A DNA stretch of 64,000 bases from Entomortierella parvispora E1425 (lineage: Eukaryota > Fungi > Mortierellomycota): contig BQFW01000013.1 of the NCBI GenBank assembly GCA_020891255.1, positions 248,001 to 312,000 of the forward strand, written 5' to 3'. Below, in pieces: positions 25,701-39,036 of the stretch (position 1 is its first letter; each line of letters starts with the position of its first letter). The notes under the pieces are model-generated. The model was not told where the DNA came from. It saw only the letters and a program-made list of their open reading frames with translations, and ran no database searches. Position numbers and translations under genes: made by a program.

Positions 25701-28287
25701 AATCCAGCGCCTTCACAATCATCATCCTGAAGGGTACACCCATGTTCACAAAGTTGACGCACGAGATCAAGAATCCTACGCCGGCAATGATGGCCAGAAT
25801 ACCGATGAACCGGAAAGAGTCCCGATAGAATTGGAAATCGTTTGGCTTTGGGAACAACATGGATCGGATCAGCGTTCCTTTGGTGGTGTTGAAGCCGATA
25901 CGAACAACCATAGCCAATCCGCGCAAAGGAGGGTGGATTCCATATTCATCCTCCTCAACAGGTGCATCAGTGGTAGAAGAGGCTGCTCCTGGTCGAGCAC
26001 GGACAATTTTGGTGCCCGAGAAGAGGAAGTGGCGGGCCAACTCGCTGGGTATATTCGCCAATGATAAATCCATGTGCTGCAGTGCTGCACTCGTGACGGG
26101 GACCTTGGAGACAGGAACAGATTCTCCAGTCAGTATGCTCTCGTTCACGATACAGTCGCCCGAAAGAAGGACTGCGTCGCAAGGAAAGACGGCGAGATCA
26201 GAGTCGGTGACTTCAAAGACATCGCCAGGGACAAGCTCCTCTGAGCCAATGTAGCGCCCTGCATTCGAAATGAAAAAAAAAAATGAGAAAACTCTATCAG
26301 TATGTGATCTCATAAATCATTGTCATTCCGAAAATGTAGAAACAAGTCCAAACTTACATCTCCCAGAGCGAAACACTTTCGTGTTGCAAGTGAAGCGGGA
26401 CATTTGGCGCATTCTCCGCATCGTCTTCTTGGTCTCAATCAGCTCGGTAACCACAGATACGGTCGAAATGACAAAGATACACGCGGCGTAATAGTAGTAA
26501 TCGTCCGCGAACCATAGGATCATGGAGAACACTTGGAAGACATAGAACGGATGGAGCACCTCCTGCACTAAAAGTTGACCGATCGTTTTTTCCTGCACGT
26601 CAATGATGTTTTGTCCAAACACCATGGATCGCTCCTGGTGGGTCTCCCGCCCGATGCCTCGCTCGCAATTGGGGATGTTGGACCAGTCGGGGTCCTTCCA
26701 CTGCGAGTTCTGCATAAAGACCTGCGCCGAGGGGTTGTAGATGAAGCGGATATACTGGTAATCGAAATACCTCATGTCATGCAGCATTCCCGTGGTCTAA
26801 ATTGGCATCGGCATTCAGAAGGGGTCAGATATCAAAATGCGCCGCCAAATTTGTGGCAAGAACCACAGCTTGCACAAAAGATCAACAAAAAAGTACTGCT
26901 TTACGGCACTTACAACTGTTTCATCGATACTGTCATCGTCAGCTGCCTTCTCCAACTGCTCTGGACTGAAGACAGAGTCGATAGGCCCTCCATAGTATTT
27001 GGTAAAGATGGGCTCGATGGCGATTTGGCCCCATTCATTCTAAGAAGGGCGAAAAGGAACATGGTGAGAATGTGGCAGATTGTGTTATCTTTGTGAGCTT
27101 GGCGTAAAATGATCCGCAGTACAGGCGCAGACCTGGACATTAATTTCTTTACCTGGACCACCACGCATTCAGCCCTGCCCATCTCACATGGCTCTGCGAC
27201 AAACGAGATAAACCGCTGTGGCATCCATCGACCGAGTAGGAACACAATGCCAAAGGAAAGAACGCTGAAGAGGTAGTACAGATACACTCGGTACTGGCGA
27301 TAGCGATATCCTGTAATAATCAATTCGACATCCTCTTCTTCGAGATAGACACGCTGCTTGCTCCGATCATGCTTGTGATCTACAAGGGGTAGCAGAGAGT
27401 GTCTGTTAGGTAAGAGTCAAAGGTCAAGGAGAGCATCTGCAGCTCTCTTGCCCCAGGGAACAAAATATGCCCATTCCTCGAAGGATTATGTTTTGAGTGT
27501 CTGACTTTCGGGCTCCTAAAATCAGAAGTCCACTTCCCAACAGCAACTTTTGGAAACGCAGGGACAAACAAGGCAAGGTCCAGTGGGTCCAGATACATTC
27601 ACTGCTCCGTTTTTAATCCCCTCTCCCGGTGTGTGATTTTCGAGAGCCGCTCTAACGGTGCCCGGATCAGCTAGTGCTGGCCCATGACCTCATTGCACCT
27701 CCCAAGTCGACATGGATTCCTTCATTCCCAAACGGTCGGTGATTTTTTTCTTTGTGGTTTGTCAGTCTATCCCAACGAATTCCACCCACGCAAGAGACAG
27801 AGAGATTTATAGGAGTTGGTTTGGTGTTGGCAAACCAGGTCAACTCACCAAACATGGACGTGCGTTTGGCGACAAGTTTGGGTCGAGCGATGGCCTTTGG
27901 GATGGAATGGCGCATTTCTCCCTCGGTCCGATCGCTGTCGTCCTCTGAATCATGCTCATGCTCGCTCTCAGAGTCATTGTTGAACCGCAACGAGAGCAGG
28001 TTGGGTGGTGAGTAAGGAGAGAACGGCAGGTTGGGTGAGGAATAGTTGGGGTCCATGCGGTCTTGCCCAGCAGCGGCGGCACCGGACCCTCCAGCAGAGG
28101 CTATGGACGAAGCTCTGGCGTGGACAGAGGGGGCCTGCGAGAGCCGTCTCTGGTTGGAAAGGGAGAGGGCGTCAGAGGAGGCATTGTTCAGCTGCTCGAT
28201 AGAGAGGCTGCTGGTTTGGGTATCAGTTTGAGGGAGGTGGACTGAGCGTTCATTGCTGGGAGAATGGTGAGGAAGAGTGTTTTTCAT
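22795..28287 (-). CDS. YPK9: P5B-type ATPase (Ypk9/ATP13A2-like polyamine transporter), multi-exon
   Basis: PPALP (P5B-specific TM4), DKTGTLT phosphorylation site, LTGES, KGAPE, TGDN and GDGAND. Exon 1 (...RTSMF) splices over intron 27380-27848 to [17 protein letters not shown]. Confidence 0.95.
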
Positions 28288-28806
28288 TAATTGATCTCCA
28301 GGGGGAGAGAGAGTGAATGCTTCTTTCAGGAGGAAGTGCACGGGGGAGAGAGAGAGAGAGAGAGGGAGAGAGAGGGCTGATCAGCAAAGAGGAGCAAGTC
28401 GCAGACAGACGAGGTTCGATGGGGTCGATGTCAGGTCGTGTGTGTGATGAAAGAGAAAAGAAGAAAGAAGAAAGTAATGAGCCAAAGGGACAGATCAGCA
28501 CGCAGAAAGAAAGAAAAAAAGGAAAGAAAAAAAAAATGTTCTGTTCTGTCACTTTGCACCAAAGTCAGAACTGTGCCCAGGTCAGTTCACGTACGTCACG
28601 TGAGTGCTTTTTTTCCTTGACAACTGGCCTGGCCTGGTCCTGGTCCTGGTCTGCCCTCCTTGGCTGGGTGCTCAACATTCCTTCTCCTCACTTCCCCACT
28701 CCATAAACAGACAGCTCATGCCATCCAGCTAGTCGTACATTGGCACCACCCACCCAAACCGGACTAACTCCAATAACGACTGCAGCCTTTTTTCCGTCTG
28801 CTCTCC

Positions 28807-31800
28807 ATGGCCCCCTTTCTCTTCACAAAGCTGCATCGACCCACCGCGTCTCATTGGCGTCTTGGTCGGAATCGGACAAAGTTCGCTCTCTTGGCTCCCC
28901 ACTCCGGACCCTGGCGCCCACTGCTCCTCCCTGTCGCGAAAGAATATCAGCGTCACAGTCCGTTCTCTTCTTCTACCTCAAGAGGCAACGGCAGTAATGG
29001 TCAAGGGGGCAGCAGCAAGGGCAACAACGAAAATCAACCTCAACCAAACGGTAATTTCCACGATCCGATCCACGTCTCTGCAGCAAACGCTTGGACGCAC
29101 CGTTTTCGCATTTTTCCATCCCGTTTGTTTACCTGATCGGAAGCTTTGGACTTACCAACAATGGCCTCTCCTTTTACACTGTAGAGACGCGATGGGATGA
29201 CCTGAAATCCTCCGCAGTTGTCTTGCTCGGTGTTTGCTCTGCCATTCTGATGCCAAGCAACTCCAAAACCGCCGCCTGTGAAGACCCCAAGCACCCAAAG
29301 GCGCCAGTGTTGGGGATGAAGACAGATCCGACACTCAAGCAGGAGGACAGCAAGGATCAAAAGAGTAAAGACGCAGGAAAGGACACCCCAACCGAAGATG
29401 GAGACAAGATTAAGCTTCCGGGACCACTCCCTTCGATCCCCATACCCAAAATGCCAACCCTTTCGATGGACGATATCATGGACAAGTTCCACAGCCTGGG
29501 TGAAAAGATTGGCGATGAGATCAAGGACCGTGTGCCTACCTTGGCCGATTACTTTATGGCGGTTGATACCATCCGCAAGGAACTACAGCTTGGAGATGGA
29601 TCGCTCTACCAGTCCATTGTCGCCAACATGTCCGATAGCAACAAAAACCCAGAGATTCAGCTCGATGCAACAGTCAGGTTGGTTCTCTTGATGTTTTGAA
29701 CGTGCCTGGATATGCCGATTGATATCTATGAATATCACCTCTAATTGCATCACCGACATTGACCCGCCATTTCCAAACCATTTAGAACCGGGAACAGTCT
29801 GTGCCCTCAGGAGGCTGCATTCCAGGTGACGCGCAAGAAAAAGATGAAGAAGGCGTTTGCAAAGTTTATCGGCGTCAAGGAATCTGAAGTGCACGAGAGT
29901 GATATTCCTATTGTAGCTCTTGCTGGAAGGTACACAAACATCTTGACATTATTGCAATCTGAAAAAAATGCTGAAGGCCGCTAACAGTCGTTTTCTTGCT
30001 TCTTGGGTCAAATATTCAGCGGTGGCGGTTACCGAGCCATGATCTCTTCCCTAGGCTACATGACTGCTGCAAAGAAATCAGGACTCTTTGAATGTACCAT
30101 GTATATGGCAGGTGTCTCGGGTAGCTGCTGGATGATTGCTCAATACTTGACTCTGGGTCAAAGATCCTTCACAAAGACTATGGAGCACTTTAAGCAGTCG
30201 CTGAACACCCCTATCGCCCATTACCCTTCCTTTATCGACACCATGTTGACCAACCCAGGAGCGGCTCAATTGATTCTGGAGGGTGTTGTTCAAAAGTATA
30301 GCAAAAACCGTGTGTTAACGCTGGTGGATGCTTTTGGCACAGTCTTGGCATCAAGACTTTTAATCCACCGTGAGAGAGATGGCGACAATGGAGAGTGGGT
30401 CGATCCTCTCGACTTCAAGCTCTCTCAACAGAGTCGATGGACCAATTATGGTGATCAGCCTCTGCCGATTTACACTGCGGTATCTCATGTTCTTCCAGGA
30501 TCTTCTGTGGAGGCTAAACTGGAAGGAGAAGTCGTTGTTGAGGACGATGTTGCAAGCGAGGACGACGACGGGACCCATTACTATCAATGGTTTGAAATGA
30601 CACCCTATGAGTTTGGAAGCGAGGAGACGTCTGGTATGTACAGCGTGCAGAATGGCATGCTTTTTAGATCGTTTTTGATTTGTTAGACCAACAACTGATA
30701 TCATGTTAATTGCTTCTAGCTTGGATTCCTACCTGGGCTTTCGGACGGCGTTTTGTCGAAGGCAAGAGTGTAGAGAGATTGCCAGAGACGAACTTGGCCA
30801 TCCTGCTGGGAACTTTTGGCTCGGCCTTCACTGCAACATTGGCGGATTACTACAAGGAAGTCCGACCTCTTCTCAACAAAGCCATGTCCGATTCGATGGA
30901 CTCTTATATCAAAGCGGTAATGTTTGATCTAGGTGCTAAAGTATACGTACTGGGTCCGACATTTTGAACCTTTGCTTACTGACTTTTTCCAATATCTGCA
31001 GTACCTGGATGGAATGAAGCTGATCCACCCGCTTTCGCCCTCATGTTTCCCTAATCCGATTTACAAGTTGCCCAACCCAGAACCAGAGGCAGAGCTCTTC
31101 TCACAGCGAAAGAACATTTATTTGAATGATGCAGGCATGGACAACAATCTCCCTCTCTATCCCTTGCTCCGACCAGGTCGTAAAATTGATGTCATTCTAG
31201 CGTTCGATAGCAGCGCTGACATTGAGAGTGTGCCCTGGTTTGAAAAGACTGGTATGTTACCAACTCTCAAACATGGATATATTGACTCGATCAAATGGTG
31301 TGATGGAGCAAGGTTACTAATGGCTGATATGGAATAGATGAATACGTCAAACGTCGAGGCATTAAAAGGTGGCCTCCTATTTCGAAAACAAGGGCTGAGC
31401 AATTGGAGAAGCAAGAAGGAGGTCCCCCTCGCAAGATGACCCATGTTGAGATCTTTCATGGTATCGTTGCTGATGACCGAGAAGCTGATCATGTCGATTT
31501 ACCAGACAAAACTGCCACTGAACCCAATGCCCAGCCCGCCACCCAACCCACACAACTCGAGGCCAATGCCTCCAGCACAGATGCAGATGCGCATCCCATC
31601 ACCTTGATCTATTTTCCTCTGATCCCCAATCCCGAGTACAAGGAAGATTTCAATCCGGGAACCGATCCGTTTTGTTCGACTTTTAACTTTGAGATCAAAG
31701 AAGATCAGGTCGAGCTGCTGGCCGGACTTGGTGAAAGGAATTTCAGCAAGGGATTGGAAGATGTCCGGAGGGTCCTGAAGGAAACCTGGCTTCGGAAAAA

Positions 31801-31888
31801 ACATGCCCGTTTGGAGCGGGAGAAACGAGAACGAAGAAGCCGCAAGCACGCCCCAGAGGCTCCCACATCGCCACCCTCAAAAAAATAG
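28807..31888 (+). CDS. Cytosolic phospholipase A2 / lysophospholipase (PLA2_B) family protein, multi-exon
   Basis: IALAG|SGGGYRAM (oxyanion Arg), MAGVSGSCW (nucleophile Ser) and LNDAGMDNNLP (catalytic Asp). Splice joins restore the frame. Confidence 0.9.
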
Positions 31889-32190
31889 AAAACGACACCC
31901 TCCCTCTTCATAATAATGCCAGCTACACATACACAATGTACCCATAAAACTTGAAATGACTTTTGACTCCAACTGTATCCTCCTCGTACTTGCTTGATCA
32001 TGCCATGACCACTGTCCACTTGGTTGCATTGATTTGAAGCGATGGTGTACAATTGTTTTAATATATATGCGTTCGATCCGATGCGTTTTGGCGTCCCTCG
32101 TCCCGTTTTCTATTAGATCCTTCGATCCGACTGGTTTTGTGCATTTGGTTCCTGATTTTGATGGGTTGCTAACAAACAGACAAAATCCAA

Positions 32191-32643
32191 TCATGCCTTG
32201 GGCGTGGCAACGGCAGCTTCCCGATAGTTCCAGATCTGCTTTGGTGGGGTATCGGTCAAAGTCCTGAGCTGTCTAGGGAAAACGGCGTGCCTCTCCTTTG
32301 TCTGGGAGTGCTTGAAAAGCTGGGGACTCGTGGCTTCGAGCTCGGCGTTGGCCTTGCGCATCATCTCGAACTTTCTGTGGAGGGCGTCGGTCTGCTCCTG
32401 CTTGCGTTGTTGACGGACCAACTTCCAGGCTCTCTCAATGGTCTCATGGCGGGCCATATCCTCGGGGGTCATGCGAACAGGGGGGCGAGGGGGGGCGTCA
32501 AAGAGGACCTTCTTGATGAGGTCGTTACGGGCATCGCCGTTGAGGGAGGTGCCTCCTTTCTTCATGCCACCAGGACGGCCAGCAGCACGCATCAATGTAC
32601 GGCTAGCAGCAACGGCGGTTGTGCGGAGGAATGGACTGGACAT
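32191..32643 (-). CDS. MRPL28: Mitochondrial ribosomal protein mL40 (yeast MrpL28-like)
   Basis: Presequence-like N-terminus and RHETIERAWKL...KFEMMRKANAEL...FPRQLRTLTDTPP, matching the fungal MRP-L28 pattern. Confidence 0.85.
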   Translation of the reverse strand: MSSPFLRTTAVAASRTLMRAAGRPGGMKKGGTSLNGDARNDLIKKVLFDAPPRPPVRMTPEDMARHETIERAWKLVRQQRKQEQTDALHRKFEMMRKANAELEATSPQLFKHSQTKERHAVFPRQLRTLTDTPPKQIWNYREAAVATPKA

Positions 32644-33057
32644 TGTGATGATGGCGACGGACGGACTGACGGACGGAATGAATGAATGAATGAATGCGAG
32701 AGCTAGGGGAGTAAGGGTCAAAGTGTTTACCAAGAGGGCGATTTCCTGTGACTGTGGATGCGAATTAAGGGGCCAATAGAAGGACATGTGCTCACGTGAG
32801 TATTTTTTTTTTTTCGCTTTGCCTCCATCTGTGCTGCACACACACTGCAACACTGCACACTGCACAACACTGCACACCACACACGCAGAACACACCCCTT
32901 TCACCTCCTTTTTTTTCTTTCTGTGTTTGAAAGATCCTTCACAGCCATTCGCTCTCTTTTCTGTTTTTTGCATCTTTGTTTCCTCGAACTTCTCTCTTTC
33001 TCTCTCTCTTTCTCTTTCTTTCCACCTTCCCCCCCTTCTTCCTCCCTAATCCCAACC

Positions 33058-34802
33058 ATGAGCGAGCAGGACTACAGCGCCACAAAGTCGGAGCACCGCC
33101 GTGCCAAGAGCCCTTCCACCTCTAGATCGCGCTCTCCTCGCCCAAGAAGCCGCTCGCCTGCCCGTGCCAGGTATGTCCACTGTGCCTTTCCTCCGCTTCG
33201 GGCATCCACCACATTGCCCCCTTTGCCTCAATGACGTGTCTCCGAACCCGCGCCGCTATTGTTCCATCCGGACAGTGCTTGACATCAAAGCAAATACAGA
33301 GATGACACCTTCTTGACGATGACGACCCCCCCGTCTGCTGGCAGATGAACAGCCGCTGGATGCAGCATGGACGCATGGTCACCGCCTGATCCGATCAATC
33401 TGGATCCAAGAGCTTATCTCATTCCTGACGCCAATCAACTCTTTTTATTATCTTCAACCTTCAACAGCAACCCCACCAACGAGACCGATGAGAGTGTCAA
33501 CCCCGGCAACAACCTTTTTGTCAACGGCCTCTCCATGAAGACCGACGTTGGCGACCTTGAAGATCTCTTTGGCAAATACGGCAAGGTGAGCATCCAGAAC
33601 AGCCGAGCCGCAAAATAAGGCGCCTCTTCAGCAACGAGTCCCCACTTCCCGGACTCTCCGCGCCTTTGCTCAACCCCGATTTTAAGATGCTTGCAGGCGC
33701 CACACTGGCCCAAGCTCTCCTGTCCTATGACCACCAGACGACACCGTGTTCGTCCTGACTAAAAAGAAACCTCCTCGGAGTTGCTCGTTTCCTTGTTACT
33801 GACCTCCCCGCTGCGCTCTGCATTCCTGCCTACTTTAGGTCGAGAAAGTCCAGATCATGTACGACCCCCACACCCGCGAGTCTCGTGGTTTCGCTTTCGT
33901 GACCATGGTTCGCCCCGAAGATGCCGATGCTGCCATGTCTGTTTTGAGCGGATTCGAGCTCCACGGACGTGCCATGTCTGTCAGCATGGTATGAAGCTTT
34001 GCCCTCACTGCCTATGTGCTTTTGCTTTGCCATATCACAAGACAGGGACTAACCTCATCTTTCGCCATGCTATTGTATATTAGGCCAGACGCGGTCGTGC
34101 CAGAACCCCTACTCCCGGTCAATACCGCGGCCCACCTAAGCGTGAGCGGGGCATGGGTATGCCTTATTACCCTTATGGTATCGGGATGAATGCACGTTGG
34201 CGAAACCCATTGTTCTCGCCTTATTGAACACACGATACTAACATGAACTCATTACCGGCTTCGCACGATAAAGGAGATCGTCGCGCCGATAGATTCGAGC
34301 CTCGCTACGACCCCCGTGGACCTGATCCCAGAGACTACAGAGGCGCACCTCCCATGCGTGGAGGTGACTACGGTCGCCCTGCTCCCTACGACAGGTATGA
34401 TCGAGACTATGAGTACGATAGGTAGGACTCCAAACAATTTGTCAATGGCAATCGAGCAATAGCACACCTGTCATCCATTGAAACGATGCCATGGTTGCGG
34501 CATGCTCTTTTGCACTTGGTACCTTGCCAGGGCTCTTTATCTCTTGTCAGGCGCACTTGACTGTTTTCATGTTTTGTTGCCGTTGCATCCATGGCAGTTT
34601 GTTTAATACTGGGATTTTTCTCGACAATAGATGGATGGGAGGCGCCAGACCCAGATATGACGACCGCCCCCCTCGTGATTACAGACCCGCTCCCTTTGAG
34701 ATGGGTGGCCGTGGAGGATATGAAGAGAGGCCAGTTTACGACCGTGGTGGTTACGACCGTCGCCCACCATCGCGTTACGATGAGAGATATGACCGTTACT
34801 AG
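33058..34802 (+). CDS. TRA2: Transformer-2-like SR/RRM splicing regulator, multi-exon
   Basis: RS repeats, RRM (NNLFVNGL; RESRGFAFVTM), the Tra2 linker ARRGRARTPTPGQYRG, and an RD/RG/Y-rich tail. Confidence 0.85.
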
Positions 34803-36364
34803 ATGCGGAGAGGGTCATGACGGCCATGATTTCTCTGGCGAAACTACCGATCTCGTCCTGCAGCTCTACGTGGAACCCCAACCAGATCACGACCTCATGT
34901 GCTTCAACTGTAATATTCAACCCAATTGCTACACAACTTGTTCAACTACAACAACCTCAGCCAACTCGCTACAATGCCACAATAAAACCAACCCGGATGA
35001 TATTCGATATCAAAGCGAACCCTTTTCGACCTTCCTTTGGCACTTGAGCCCTTCAACTTCAATTCACAGATCAACTTGACAATCCTACGATGCCTCGCAA
35101 AGAGTAGACAAGTCAGCTTATTCAACAAGACTTCGAACAACACTCGCTTCTGATTTCTTGTCGGCCATTTCATAGCCAACATTCAGACATGATGCATGCG
35201 CCGAGACAGAAACAAAGAGACGACTTGACTCCCTTCTGGAAGCGTGGACTTTCACAAACATGAATCGATGACGACCATTTTATTTTATTTTTTTTCACTT
35301 TGACAAAGTCAGTCGAAGGTATCAAGGTGAGTGATGTTTGAAACTATATGACAAACCTGATGAGTGAAATTCTTTGACAACCTCCGTGCTGGCACCTCTG
35401 AGCCAAAGGCGACTCGCATGCAAATCAAGATAGGCGGCATCTTCTACGCTTTGCCATTCTCCATATAGCTCTAATAAAGAGGGAAAAATGTGGGGATCAG
35501 TCAATCTTTTTTTTTCTTGGCCTGAATATCCGAGACAAGAATTCAAGTCCCGGTGTTGGCGTGAACTTTTTGCGCTTACTTGATTCAAGAGCGAGGTCAT
35601 TGTGCATTGTCGTAGACTAACTATGAGGAGATTACAAGGCCATGATGGGTGGCGTTGACAACCGTGCAACCGGGTGGTGAACACAAGAAAATAAAAATAA
35701 CCTCGAGGAAGGGTGTCGGTGGACAAGATGTCCTTCAGGCTCTTTTGGACTGCATGATGGACGACCCTACACCAGATACAGCTGGCCCTGCCCTGCTCCC
35801 AGCTTATCCGCTAAAAATACATACGTGAGGCGTCTGGCAGGGGGAAGAGAGAGAGAGAGAGAGAGAGACAGAGTACATACATATCCATTCTGGAGGGAGG
35901 AAATGAATGTGAAAATGGCCGAATGGCGGAGCACCGGAGAATGTCTTGGAGACATTTGTATGGGCAAAAACAAAATAAAGCCGCAAAGAAAGGGGAACGG
36001 TGCGATTGTGCAGGCTGCATTGGAGGGGATGGATGGATGTCTTTGTCTCTTTCCCCTCTTTCTTTCTCTCTCTTTCTCCATCGCATCGCATCTCAATCAC
36101 TCATTCATTTTTTTTTTGTTTTGTTTTTTGTTCTCTCCACTCTTCCATCTACTCTCGCATCCATCCTCATTCATTCATTCATTGCTCACCTGTCCTGTGC
36201 GTAAACCCAACGACTGAGAGCACTTGTTTCTTTCTTTCTTTCTTTCTTCCAGTTTCGTTTCTCATTCAGTCGCGATTCGCGCCATTCACTACCCCCACTC
36301 GACAGACAGCAACCCTCTTTTTCCCCCCACCTCCCGACTCTCTTGACGGAGGCAAACGAAAGAG

Positions 36365-39036
36365 ATGAAGTCATTTTCAACTTTGCTCCCAGCTTTTGTC
36401 CTTGCTCTCCTCGCCCTCTCGTCCAACCACAGCACCTGCAACGGTCAACGACAGATTCAGGGCGGCGCCAGGATCCATCAGCGCGAGGAAGCAGTGGGAG
36501 CAACGGCCTCTACTGCTGAGGAGAACAGTGCTGATCTCTTTATTCCCCGGTCGTACCTTCGCCAAACACACCCTCGACGATTGAACCTGTTCGACAACCG
36601 TGCAACTGTCCTCCAAAGGCGTGGTTTGCTCGGTGGTCTGATCCCATCCTCACCACAAGCTGCAGGTAACGATACCCACTCTCATTTTTTTTTTTTTCAG
36701 TTGTGTTTTTATTTATTTTTTCTTTTGGGTACCCGCCTGTGCCTATTGCAATCGTCCAACGATCTGGAAACCCCCCGCCCAAACTTGTTCCCGTTTTTTT
36801 TTTTTTCGTAATGGCTGCATGCACTTGCCTGCAGGCAATCCCTTTCTTCAATTGTGTGACACACCCATTTTGGCCGTTGTATTACGGCCATGGGGGGGGG
36901 GGGGGAACCGCCAGCAGCTGCATCTCCTTTTTGAAAACCAACCCTGGCTCCTGGCGATGTTTAATCTATGTATTCAAACAAGGGGAATCCATATCGCCCC
37001 TCTCTGTGTCTATCTCTCGTTTTGCTGTGTATCTATCCACACACAAACGTGCTCCTCTCTTTTCCCTTCTCTCTGTCTCTTTCTCTTACTCTTATCTCGA
37101 TCTCTCGATGGATTGAGGTCCTCCTTCCTCCCTCTGACTCTGGCTCAGTTTCAGTGTGTCTCCATCTAATCGAGGGATCTTACCCGTTCCTATGATGCTG
37201 GTGGACAGGTGTGGTGAGAGCACACCAAAGAGGGACAGACATTGTTGAGAGCAATTGTTGCAATGGGAGGACAACTTGTGCGCACAGCACTTTGTCTTGT
37301 TGGACAAGAACTGATCGACTCTTGTTCTCTTTCTTTTTTCACGTCTCCAATCCACATTCCCTGGGGGATACGACAAACAAACCAAAACAACAAAACAACA
37401 AAAACAAATCAACAAACACAGACACGTCAACAGCGACCCCACCAGAAAACTCTCCGTCGCTGCCTCCAGTCACGACGGATGAAGTCGCAACAACAGCAAG
37501 TGCGCCTGTCACCCATCCTTCGCCTGAAGGTGTCTCCTCTTCCTCCTCGCCTGAAACCACCCGTAAATGATCCTTCTTCCCTTCACTATCTTTTGTTATC
37601 TTTTTTTTTTTTTTTTTTTTTTTTTTTGGCTTGCTTTGCTCATCAGTTATCCGTTTCTGCGACATCTTGCCTCTGGACTGCTAGACCTGACATCCTCTGA
37701 ACCTCCTTCTCCTTCTCCTCTCATTACTCCGACTACTTCTCATGCAGGTGAAACGACGCCTGAAGTCCTCCCTCCAACGACTCAATCCCCTGAGCCACCC
37801 GTGACAACGGATCCTCCAACGCCACCACCCGTTACAACGGACCCAGTTCCCCCCACCACAGAACCCGTTCCTCCCACGACGGCCGCGACAACTGAAGTGC
37901 CTGTGTCTACCCCCACTGTCACCACCGAGCAACCTACTGTGGCACCCACCACTGCCTCACCCCCTCCTGTGACCTCAGAGCCAACTGTCCCGCCAGTTAA
38001 GACAACGACAACGACCGTGCCTCCTGTGGTGGTTCCTACATCTACAAAGTCGCGTGGACCTGCATCTCCACCAGCAACAACCAATGGCGGAGGCCACGGT
38101 ATTCCTACTGGCTCTGGACGTGATGATCCTTCTTCCACGATGAGCTCTGCAGGTGCAGGTGTTACCCGGCCTGCTGACGCGTCGACCTCTGGTACCAGTT
38201 CTAGCAACAAGACGGCGATCACGATTGGAGTCGTGATTGGTGCCATTGTCGTCTGCGCAGGTATCGGTGTATGGGTCTTTAGAAAGTGGAAGCTGTCGGT
38301 ACGTACTCCTTGTTTAATCCTTCTACTTTTGTTGACTTTGCTACCAAAACACGGTGTCCTGGTTTCTGATATTTTCCTTTTCTTTTTTTTTCCCTTCTAC
38401 TGCTCCTTCTCTCAGCCCTCGAGACAGTTCAAGAGCAAGATTCGAAACTCTTCAAACAATGGGAGCGTTGGCGGACTGGGATCTGGTCGCAGCCTGGAAG
38501 ATGACGATGTCGAATATGCCAATTACACAGATATCTTCCGCCCAACTGCACACGATTCCGCTCTCCCTGTTACGGCTTCGTCCATGACCACGGCCAGCGC
38601 CTCTGCTGCCGCTGTCGGTTCGGGTCAGGGCGCAAATCTTGCCAGAGGAGGATCGGGCTCTGGACCTTCTTCGACCGTTTCTGGATCCTCGCCTCCAATG
38701 CAGCATGCTCAACAGCAAGTCTATTACGATGACCCTTATGGACAGCAAGTCCCTACACAAGCATCCCAGCATCAGCCGCACATGAGTCTTTCCAGCACGG
38801 GCACGGTTCCAGACTATTCTCAGTACCGCTACCCAGGAACACAGCAACCTCTGATGATGAGCGGAGGTCATGGTTATGATTCAGGTGTGACGGGCTCGAT
38901 CCTTGGAGGGGGTGGGGGAGGCCCCGCCGCCTTTACATCGCTGAATGGCTCTCAGGGTCACCAGGCGCACACTTCGTACGCGTCCAGTGACTATCCTGTT
39001 GCAAATGACCACTTTTTGCGCGAGTTGCGCGAATAA
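36365..39036 (+). CDS. Single-pass mucin-like membrane protein (Mid2/Msb2-like architecture)
   Basis: Signal peptide, P/T/S-rich ectodomain, TM AITIGVVIGAIVVCAGIGVWVF followed by RKWK, and a Ser/Gly/Tyr-rich cytosolic tail. Exons join in frame at 36665/37421. Confidence 0.85.

Noticed and set aside
27600-27720. Possible stop-containing cassette exon in intron 1 of the P5B ATPase
   Set aside because: The acceptor is purine-rich and weak, and exon 1 already splices in frame to 27379 without it.
35322-35830. Putative small spliced gene on the minus strand
   Set aside because: Splice-like sites exist, but the assembled peptide is short and unrecognisable.
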